This document shows positions 8,764 through 15,469 of a stretch of 25,272 nucleotides of DNA, in pieces. Position numbers and translations under genes: made by a program. Source of the DNA: an uncultured Candidatus Rokubacteria bacterium (GTDB taxonomy: Bacteria; Methylomirabilota; Methylomirabilia; Rokubacteriales; CSP1-6); assembly GCA_963747235.1 (NCBI GenBank), contig CAVVEU010000022.1, positions 1 through 25,272 on the forward strand. Direction: 5' to 3'. The notes beneath the pieces are model-generated. The model was not told the origin of the DNA and made no database searches. It was given only the letters and a program-made list of their open reading frames with translations. Within the stretch, counting starts at the first letter, position 1. Each line of letters starts with the position of its first letter.

Positions 8764-8814
8764 CTCCCCCAGTGCGGCGGACTTCCCGCGTGGCTTCGCC
8801 TGGACTCGCGCGAG

Positions 8815-10068
8815 CTACGACTTCCCGGCGCTCGATAGCAACCAGACGTTCAGCAGCACGAACCCCGCGATCGACACCAGCGACAGCACGAAATACGTGA
8901 GGCAGATCGTCTCCTGGCGGGTGAGCAGGGTGGCGGTGCGGATGCGCCGCCAGAGCGACTCGCGCACGAAGCGCACCGAGTCGTGGTTCAGCGTGGGCAC
9001 CCCGACCATCTCGACCAGGATGTGGTAGCCGTCCATCTCCAGGAAGCAGAACGGGTAGAGGCTGATGAAGAACGACTGGATCTGGAGGATCGCGGAGGCC
9101 GCGATGAAGCCCTGCATCAGCCCGGGCTGGAGCTGGGTGGCGATCCAGAAGCAGAAGCCGCCCAGGAAGAGATGGAAGAGCGGCCCCGCCATCGCGTTGA
9201 CGATGCGGGCCCGGCGGCTGGCCATGAAGATGTCGGTCACGTCCGCGTAGAAGGTCGGAATGAAGCCGTGCAGGATCGTGAACCCGAACTCGCGCACGCG
9301 CCGCTTGTAGTGGATGCAGGCCAGCGCGTGGATGATCTGGTGGTTGATCACGGTGAGCCAGAACACGAGCTTCACGAGCAGGATGGCGACGATGGGGTGG
9401 CTGGCCAGCCCGTGCGTCACCTCGCTCAGGTTGTGCCAGATCTTGATCCCGCTGTGGATGCCGAGCCCCACCATGAGCACGAGCGCGGCGATGGCCCACG
9501 GGGTGAACAGCAGGAAGCCGCCGTAGCGGTACATGCGCTCGAAGAACTGGTGCGAGCGCCGGCTCGTCACGGTCAGGCGCTCGAGCGCGTGGAGCGTGCC
9601 CTCCATCGCCCGGGCCGCCGGGTTGCGCCGGTTGCGGGCCAGCACCGCGCGCAGGCGCGAGACCGGCCGCATCGTCAGCAGGTCGGCCCGCAGCAGCTTG
9701 ACGATCAGGGTCGGGATGATCTCGAAATCGAAGGAGCCGTAGTGGAGCAGGTACGAGGTCGCGATCTCCTGGAGGGAGGCGCGCCCGTCCATCTGCCCCC
9801 ACAGGAACTTCTCGGTCTCGGTGATCTGGATGATCTGCTCGGTGCGGCGGTTCTTGAGCGCATAGGTCACGACGCCCTGGGGCGCGTAGGGCAGCCGCGC
9901 CATCTCCCAGTCCGCGTCGGGGATACGCTGGGGCCGGCTGTGGAGGTAGGCGACCGCGCTGGAGATCTCCTGCGTCGCGAAGCCGTCGCCGTCCTGCTCG
10001 CGGACCAGCAGCTCGATGCGTGTCCGCTTCGGCCTGCCCTCCGCGGTCTTGTCGCCCGCCTCGTTCAC
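8815..10068 (-). CDS. PqqD/RRE-like N-terminal domain fused to an M50 (site-2 protease)-like membrane domain, with HQxxH in place of HExxH
   Basis: N-terminal YALKNRRTEQIIQITETEKFLWGQMDGRASLQEIA...LIVKLLRADLL is a winged-helix RRE pattern. The membrane part contains HQIIHALACIHYKRRVREFG, PTFYADVTD, AMAGP and SLYPFCFLEMDGYHIL, as in RRE-fused peptide zinc metalloprotease families. Confidence 0.8.
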   Translation of the reverse strand: MNEAGDKTAEGRPKRTRIELLVREQDGDGFATQEISSAVAYLHSRPQRIPDADWEMARLPYAPQGVVTYALKNRRTEQIIQITETEKFLWGQMDGRASLQEIATSYLLHYGSFDFEIIPTLIVKLLRADLLTMRPVSRLRAVLARNRRNPAARAMEGTLHALERLTVTSRRSHQFFERMYRYGGFLLFTPWAIAALVLMVGLGIHSGIKIWHNLSEVTHGLASHPIVAILLVKLVFWLTVINHQIIHALACIHYKRRVREFGFTILHGFIPTFYADVTDIFMASRRARIVNAMAGPLFHLFLGGFCFWIATQLQPGLMQGFIAASAILQIQSFFISLYPFCFLEMDGYHILVEMVGVPTLNHDSVRFVRESLWRRIRTATLLTRQETICLTYFVLSLVSIAGFVLLNVWLLSSAGKS

Positions 10069-10087
10069 GATCGAGGGTCCCGACTCG

Positions 10088-10588
10088 CTACTTGTGCTCG
10101 ATGTCGAGGCCCGTCGCCTCCAGCCCCCAGCGCGTGACTTCGGCCACCAGATCGGACGAGTCGCGCAACCGCTGGAAGGCGACCTGCGCCATCTGCTGGA
10201 AGAACTTGGCCGCGGCGAGGGGGCTGCCCGTCACGAAGCGGTTGAGGCTGTCGCGATCGAGGCTGTAGAGCATCGTGTCGATCTCGGCCTGGCAGGTGGC
10301 GGAGCGGCGGCGTTCGGCCCCGAAGACGCTCATCTCGCCGAAGACCTCGCCGGAGGCGAGCCGCGAGAGCACCTGTTCCACCCGGCCGGTGACCGGCTTG
10401 GAGACGACGATGCTGCCGTCCCGGATCAGGAACAGCTCCTCGCCCGGATCCCCCGCGCGGAACAGCACGTCCCCCTTCTTGAGGCGACGCTCGCGGAAGC
10501 TCGGCCAGAGGGCGAGAAGGACCGGCTCTTCGACGTCCTTGAAGTACAGGACCCGGCGGAGGAAGCCGATCTCGGGGAGGCTGGCCAC
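10088..10588 (-). CDS. Stand-alone cyclic nucleotide-binding domain protein (no HTH)
   Basis: LKKGDVLFRAGDPGEELFLIRDGSI and the phosphate-binding cassette FGEMSVFGAERRRSATCQA, followed by the C-helix. At 166 aa it lacks the Crp DNA-binding domain. GGAG lies upstream of the GTG. Confidence 0.92.
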   Translation of the reverse strand: MASLPEIGFLRRVLYFKDVEEPVLLALWPSFRERRLKKGDVLFRAGDPGEELFLIRDGSIVVSKPVTGRVEQVLSRLASGEVFGEMSVFGAERRRSATCQAEIDTMLYSLDRDSLNRFVTGSPLAAAKFFQQMAQVAFQRLRDSSDLVAEVTRWGLEATGLDIEHK

Positions 10589-10615
10589 TCAGCTCCGTCC
10601 GGCGGGCACCCGCAT

Positions 10616-10837
10616 TCAGGTCGCCCAGCGCTTGAGCATGACGTTCTGCAGCGCGCGTGCCCGGTCCCGGTCCGAGACATTGGTGGTGCTGCCCAGGGCG
10701 TGCTCGATCGCGGCCCGCTCGTCCGGGGTCAGCTCGAACCCGGCCAGTACCCGCGCGGGCTCGCGCACGAGCTCGGCGAGGAACTCCTTGTCGATCATCA
10801 CCTGCCCGACCAGGTCCTGGATGCCCTTGCTCGCCAC
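10616..10837 (-). CDS. 73-aa peptide resembling nitrile hydratase-like leader peptide (NHLP)-clan proteins (Os1348/Franean1_4349-like)
   Basis: MASKGIQDLVGQVMIDKEFLAELVREPARVLAGFELTPDERAAI matches the 'lvgra..D.eFr..l..dP...L.g..LT.eE..al' pattern, followed by the tail GSTTNVSDRDRARALQNVMLKRWAT. GAGGT SD lies 6 nt before GTG 10837. Confidence 0.75.
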   Translation of the reverse strand: MASKGIQDLVGQVMIDKEFLAELVREPARVLAGFELTPDERAAIEHALGSTTNVSDRDRARALQNVMLKRWAT

Positions 10838-10885
10838 GCCCCGACCTCGACTTTTTCCAGCCACGCAGAGGATGGCTAGGAGGTC

Positions 10886-10894
10886 AATTTAGCA
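10886..10894 (-). promoter_or_regulatory. Putative extended -10 promoter for the peptide/cNMP/M50-like operon
   Basis: The minus strand reads TG-C-TAAATT in an AT-rich patch about 50 nt upstream of the peptide start. Confidence 0.5.
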
Positions 10895-10925
10895 TACGCG
10901 GCGCGGTTTTAATACCTCTCTTCCG

Positions 10926-12157
10926 TCACTCGTACCGGAGAGCGTCGATGGGGTTGAGCCGGGACGCTTTCCGGGCCGGATAGAAGCCGAAAAAGACCCC
11001 GACGGCGGCCGAGAAGGCGAACGCGACCCCCATCGCCTCGACACTGACCAGGGTGCGCCACTGCGCGAAGTAGGCGATGGCGTAGGAGCCGCCCAGGCCG
11101 AGCGCGATGCCCAGGACCCCGCCGATGAGCGACAGGGTCACCGCCTCCACCAGGAACTGCACCAGGATGTCGTAGCCGCGGGCGCCCACCGCCATCCGGA
11201 GCCCGATCTCGCGCGTCCGCTCGGTGACCGACACCAGCATGATGTTCATGATGCCGATGCCGCCCACCAGCAGCGACACCGAGGCGATGGCGGCCAGCAG
11301 CCACGTGAGCACCTTCGACGAGGCCTCCTGCGACTGCAGCACCTCGGTGAGATTCCGGATCCCGACGTCGTCGTCCTGGAAGGCCTGCAGGCGGTGCCGC
11401 TGGCGGAGCAGGCCGCGGATCTGCTGCTCGGCGTCCTGCATGGCCCGCGCGTCCCCCACCTTGACCGCGATGGAGCCCACCGCGCGCGCGTTGGCCTGGC
11501 TGCTGCCGAGCACCTTCTTCTTGGCGGTGCTGAGGGGGATCAGCACCGTGTCGTCCTGGTCCTGGCCGAAGGTGGTCTGCCCCTTGCGCTGGAGCACCCC
11601 GATCACCCCGAAAGGGACGTTCTTGATCCGGATGATCTGGCCGAGGGGATCGCCCTCGCCGAAGAGGTTGCCCGCGACGGTCTGGCCGATGAGCGCCACC
11701 TTGGCCGCGCCCTCGACCTCTTCCTGGCTGAAGAGCCGGCCGTCGGCAACATCCCATTCGCGGGCGGTGAAGAATTCGTCCGTCACCCCCTGGACGCTCG
11801 TGGCCCAGTGAGGTTGCCGTAGACGATCTGGGCGCCGCCGCGCGAGGTGGGCGCTGCGGCGGTGACGGTCCGGATCTCGCGCTGGATGGCCCAGGCGTCG
11901 TCGTCGGTGATGGTGAGCTGGCTGCCCGAGCCCATGCGGACCCCGCCCGAGACCGCCGAGCCCGAGAGCACGATGATCATGTTGGAGCCGAGGCTCTGGA
12001 TCTGCTCCGCCACCCGTGCCTGCGCGCCCGAACCCACCGCCACCATGGTGATGACCGCGCCCACGCCGATGACGATGCCCAGCATGGTGAGCGCGCTCCG
12101 CAGCAGGTTGACCCGGAGCGCGCGGACGGCGATCCGGGCGCTGGACAAGACGTTCAT
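10926..12157 (-). pseudogene. MacB-like ABC transporter permease (MacB_PCD + FtsX), split by a 1-nt deletion near 11809
   Basis: RSALTMLGIVIGVGAVITMVAVGSG in ORF 11783-12157 and SLLVGGIGIMNIMLVSVTERTREIGLRMAVGA...GFYPARKASRLNPIDALRYE in ORF 10926-12215. GGC AAC CTC AC TGG is one base short of GNLNW. This may be a sequencing error. Confidence 0.88.
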
Positions 12158-12171
12158 ACGGTCTATCCGTG

Positions 12172-12238
12172 TGACGAATCAGGGCCTTTCGCGATTGACC
12201 GCATGCCCGTGTCAACGCATCGCCGATTTCATTCGTCA
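12172..12238. promoter_or_regulatory. Symmetric pair of putative ECF-type promoters, TGACGAAT-N15-TTGAC on both strands
   Basis: Plus strand: TGACGAAT 12172-12179 and TTGAC 12195-12199. Minus strand: TGACGAAT 12238-12231 and TTGAC 12215-12211. Both spacers are exactly 15 nt. The pair lies between divergent permease and ECF sigma genes. Confidence 0.6.
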
Positions 12239-12276
12239 GGACTGATGAGAGGGGGCGGAACGCCCGTCAGAGGGAC

Positions 12277-12789
12277 GTGGAGCCCGCACCCCGGCCGGAA
12301 CTGCCGATCGCCGCCCACTACGGGCGGCTCCAACGCCTGTGTCGCCTCCTCCTGGGCGACCCGCAGGAGGCCGACGACGTGGTGCAGGACGTCTTTCTGA
12401 AGGCGCACGAGGCCGAGCGGTTCGGCCAGGTCCCGGCGAGCTGGGGCGCCTGGCTCACCCGGGTCGCGGTCAACGGCTGCCGCGACCGGCGGCGGGCCGG
12501 CGGCTGGATGCGCTTCCGCCTGCGCGGCATCCGGCTCGACGAGGTGCCTCTGGCGGCTTTGACGCCCGCGCCCAGCGACGTCGCGATCGGCGAGGACACC
12601 CGGCGGCGGATCTGGATCGCCTTCCGCGCCCTGCCGCGGCGCCAGCAGGAGGTCTTCGCGCTCCGCCACATCGAGGAGCAGCCCACGCTCGCGGTGGCGG
12701 CGGCGCTCGGGCTGAGCCCGGGCAGCGTGAAGCGCCATCTCTTCCGGGCGATGCGCGCGCTGCGCCGGAGCCTCGAGGACGCGCGATGA
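12277..12789 (+). CDS. ECF-subfamily RNA polymerase sigma factor
   Basis: Region 2 EADDVVQDVFLKA...AWLTRVAVNGCRD and region 4 LPRRQQEVFALR...VAAALGLSPGSVKRHLFRAMRALR; 170 aa. Confidence 0.95.
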   Translation: MEPAPRPELPIAAHYGRLQRLCRLLLGDPQEADDVVQDVFLKAHEAERFGQVPASWGAWLTRVAVNGCRDRRRAGGWMRFRLRGIRLDEVPLAALTPAPSDVAIGEDTRRRIWIAFRALPRRQQEVFALRHIEEQPTLAVAAALGLSPGSVKRHLFRAMRALRRSLEDAR

Positions 12790-13259
12790 GCCGCTGCCTC
12801 TCCGACCACGCCCTGGAGCGCGTCGAGGTGGAGCTCGCCTCGGTGGCCGAGCGCGCGCATCTGGCCGGCTGCGCGGCGTGCGCGACCCGGCACCGGCGCA
12901 TCCGCGGCGAGCTGGCCCTGATCACCGGCGTGCTGCGCGACACGCCCGAGCCCCGGACGCGCCCCGCCCCCACCCGGCGGCGGCGCTGGCTGCCCGCCAC
13001 CGTTGGGCTCGCCGGCGTCGCGGCCGCGCTGCTGATCTGGGTCGAGGTCGCGGTGTGGCGCGCGGTGACGCCGGTGCCACCCACCATGCAGCCGCACGAG
13101 GTGGCCGCGATCCTGGCCGACGTCTCGGCCGCGCTGTTCTCGGTGAGCGGCGATCCCGCCACCGCGACGACGCCGGGTGCGACGACAGAGGATCCGGCCG
13201 CAAGCCTCGAGATCATGGCGCAGGAGCTCGACCAGGCGCTCACCGGAGGAGAACCATGA
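12786..13259 (+). CDS. Zinc-binding (zf-HC2/ZAS) transmembrane anti-sigma factor
   Basis: ATG overlaps the sigma stop (ATGA). MSRC...AHLAGCAAC is the HxxxCxxC motif, followed by one TM helix (WLPATVGLAGVAAALLIWVEVAVW). Confidence 0.85.
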   Translation: MSRCLSDHALERVEVELASVAERAHLAGCAACATRHRRIRGELALITGVLRDTPEPRTRPAPTRRRRWLPATVGLAGVAAALLIWVEVAVWRAVTPVPPTMQPHEVAAILADVSAALFSVSGDPATATTPGATTEDPAASLEIMAQELDQALTGGEP

Positions 13260-13762
13260 CGACCACGCTGACCATCCGAACGCTCCTCACCGCCGCGCTC
13301 CTGATCACCTCGACCGCGACGGCGGCGCTCGCCCAGGCGCCCTCGCCCGGCCCCGGCGCTCCGCTCGGGGGCATGCACGGGCCCATGGGCCGCGCGGACG
13401 GCGAGCTGTGGCTGATGATCCGCGCGGCCACGCTGACGCCGGAGCAGCAGGCGAAGGTGCGCGGGATCCTGTCCACGCACCGCGCGAGCACGCGGCCGCT
13501 CATCGAGCAGCTCCGCCAGGCCCAGCAGGAGCTGGGCGCCAAGCTGCTGGCGCCCGGGCCGCTGCAGCCCGCCGATCTGCAACCGCAGCTCGGGCGCATC
13601 GGCCAGCTCCGCGACCAGCTCGCGCAGGACGGCGCGCAGGCCGCGCTCGAAGTCCGCGCCGTGCTCACGCCCGAGCAGCTCGCGCGCGCCGCTCAGGCCA
13701 AGGAGCGCATGACCCAGCTCCGCGAGGAGATGCGTCAGCTCATGCAGCCGTCCCGCCCCTGA
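13256..13762 (+). CDS. Spy/CpxP-family periplasmic chaperone (LTXXQ motif)
   Basis: Signal peptide (ATAALA-Q), G/P/M/H-rich linker and two LTPEQ motifs. GGAGGAG SD and ATGA overlap with the anti-sigma gene. Confidence 0.88.
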   Translation: MTTTLTIRTLLTAALLITSTATAALAQAPSPGPGAPLGGMHGPMGRADGELWLMIRAATLTPEQQAKVRGILSTHRASTRPLIEQLRQAQQELGAKLLAPGPLQPADLQPQLGRIGQLRDQLAQDGAQAALEVRAVLTPEQLARAAQAKERMTQLREEMRQLMQPSRP

Positions 13763-14049
13763 TGAAGCACCTCCTCATCGTCCTGCTGCTGCTCGCGCCC
13801 GTCGCGCTGCCCGGGCTCGCCCACGCGAGCCCGCCGGATCCCACCTGGATCCAGGGCATCTACGACGATGACGACGGCGATTCCATCGTCACGCTGATCG
13901 CCTCCGGGACCGGCCACGCGCCGGAGGCCGCGCCGACCGGGCGCCCGCTCTTCGCCCCGCTCATCGCCCGCCTGACCCCGACGCCCGAGCGGACCCCGCT
14001 CCGGGTCTGGGCCTCCGCGGCCCCGTCTCGCGCGCCGCCCGCTCGCTAG
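13762..14049 (+). CDS. Small exported peptide (95 aa) with an acidic motif and C-terminal RAPP; candidate ribosome-arrest peptide
   Basis: MKHLLIVLLLLAPVALPGLAHA signal peptide, SPPDPTWIQGIYDDDDGD and the ending APSRAPPAR*. TGATG coupling to the upstream gene. Confidence 0.7.
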   Translation: MKHLLIVLLLLAPVALPGLAHASPPDPTWIQGIYDDDDGDSIVTLIASGTGHAPEAAPTGRPLFAPLIARLTPTPERTPLRVWASAAPSRAPPAR

Positions 14050-14106
14050 CCCCCCCTCGATCCCGTGGTCTCGGATCACCCCACCCCCAACAGAGGAGGA
14101 CTGTCC

Positions 14107-14556
14107 ATGTTCAGGATCCTCAAGGTGATGCTGGCGAGCTTTGCGGTGGCCGCGCTCGGCGTGGCTGGACTCGACGCGCACGTGGCGCGCGCCGACTGGA
14201 GCGAGACCGGGCTCGACTGGGACGAGTCGGTGCCCGTGGTCAAGTCCCTCGACCCGGACGACGAGAGCGCGCTCGCCGATCATTTCTTCCACGTCGAGTG
14301 GACGGCCGGCCCGGGGGCGACGGGCCGCGCCCGGATCACCGGCTACGTCTACAACGACTACGGCGATTCCGCGGTCAACGTCGCGCTGCGCATCCATGAG
14401 ATCGATGCGAGCGGGACCGACGTCGCCAGCGTCGTCGCGCCGATCGGCGAGGCCGTCCCGGCGCACGGTCGCACCTACTTCGACGTCGCGGTCCCCGGCA
14501 GCCGGTTCTACCGGGTGGACGTGGCGTCATTCGACTTCGTCGAGTTCCGCGGCTGA
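14107..14556 (+). CDS. Secreted Ig-like protein, FxLYD-domain-like
   Basis: Strong SD AGAGGAGG; signal peptide (VARA-D); ITGYVYN...NVALRIHEIDASG...VPAHGRTYFDV...YRVDVASF. Paralog of 4372-4761. Confidence 0.75.
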   Translation: MFRILKVMLASFAVAALGVAGLDAHVARADWSETGLDWDESVPVVKSLDPDDESALADHFFHVEWTAGPGATGRARITGYVYNDYGDSAVNVALRIHEIDASGTDVASVVAPIGEAVPAHGRTYFDVAVPGSRFYRVDVASFDFVEFRG

Positions 14557-14569
14557 GGAGGCCGACCCC

Positions 14570-15406
14570 ATGCTCGATTCGAGAAATGATCTCTGGGCGG
14601 TCGTCCTCGCCGGCGGCGAAGGCGACTCGCAGACCCTGCTGCGCCACACCCTGGATCGGGTGGCTCGGCTGATCCCGCCGTCGCGGACCGTCGCGGTGAC
14701 CCAGGCGAGCCACGCGGCCCACGTCGCGGGTGAGCTCGCCGGGCACCCCGCGATCACGGTGCTCGCCCAGCCCTGCGACCGGGGCACCGCGGCCGGCGTG
14801 CTGCTGGCCGCGCACTGGATCCGGAGCCGGGCCCCCGGGGCCGCGGTCGCGGTGTTCCCCACCAATCACTTCATCGTGGAGGAATCGGCCTTCATGAGCC
14901 ACGTCGCCGCGGCCGGCGCGTACGTCCGGGAGCATCCCGGGTGGCTCCTGCTGCTGGGCGTGCACCCGTCCGAGCCCGCGCCCGAGCGCGGGTGGATCGA
15001 GCCCGGGGAGCCGGTGGGCTGGACCGGCCTCGGCCCGGTCCATCGCGTCCGCGCGTTCCACGACAAGCCACCCGCGGAGCTCGCGCGCCGGCTGCACGGG
15101 CGCGCCCTGTGCAACACCTCCGTCTTCACCACCACCGTGGGCGCCCTCATGGACGCGGGCCTCGCGTGCCTGCCCCTGCTCCACGACCGGCTCACCCGCT
15201 TCGACCTGTTCACCGGCACGCGGTACGAGACCATCGCGCTGCAGCAGGCCTACCTCTTCGCGCCCACCGCGGACTTCTCCCGCGCGGTCCTCGCGTCGGC
15301 CGACATCCCCCTGGCCGTCGTGGAGATCCCGGCGCGGACCTGGTGGGACCTGGGCACGCCCGAGCGCGTGGCCCGCCGCGTCGGGGTGGGGGATCCACGC
15401 GAATGA
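14570..15406 (+). CDS. Mannose-1-phosphate guanylyltransferase-like protein with degenerate catalytic motifs
   Basis: WAVVLAGGEG, QPCDRGTAAGVLLA, FPTNHFI, GWIEPG, FHDKP and WWDLGTPERV are recognisable, but the GxRLxP...PKQF loop is absent. GAGGAGG SD. Confidence 0.75.
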   Translation: MLDSRNDLWAVVLAGGEGDSQTLLRHTLDRVARLIPPSRTVAVTQASHAAHVAGELAGHPAITVLAQPCDRGTAAGVLLAAHWIRSRAPGAAVAVFPTNHFIVEESAFMSHVAAAGAYVREHPGWLLLLGVHPSEPAPERGWIEPGEPVGWTGLGPVHRVRAFHDKPPAELARRLHGRALCNTSVFTTTVGALMDAGLACLPLLHDRLTRFDLFTGTRYETIALQQAYLFAPTADFSRAVLASADIPLAVVEIPARTWWDLGTPERVARRVGVGDPRE

Positions 15407-15469
15407 TGGGTCCAGGCCCGCCGTCGAAATATGCTACAAGCGAAGCGATCGAGAGAGGGGGAAAGCGGC

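Noticed and set aside
10088-10588. Crp/Fnr transcription factor, or a Pycsar/CBASS anti-phage effector
   Set aside because: No HTH domain, no fused TIR or TM effector, and no nucleotide cyclase nearby.
8815-10837. A conventional daptide or other RiPP biosynthetic cluster
   Set aside because: Despite the C-terminal Thr and RRE-M50 protein, no dehydrogenase, aminotransferase, methyltransferase, rSAM, YcaO or lanthipeptide enzyme is present in the window.
564-11812. Programmed ribosomal frameshifting at the three breaks
   Set aside because: No slippery heptamers or obvious stimulatory structures, and these gene families are not known for recoding.
12195-12215. FNR/Crp-type box (TTGAC...GTCAA)
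   Set aside because: The spacer is 11 nt rather than the 4 nt of FNR-type TTGAT-N4-ATCAA sites; it is better explained as part of the larger symmetric motif.
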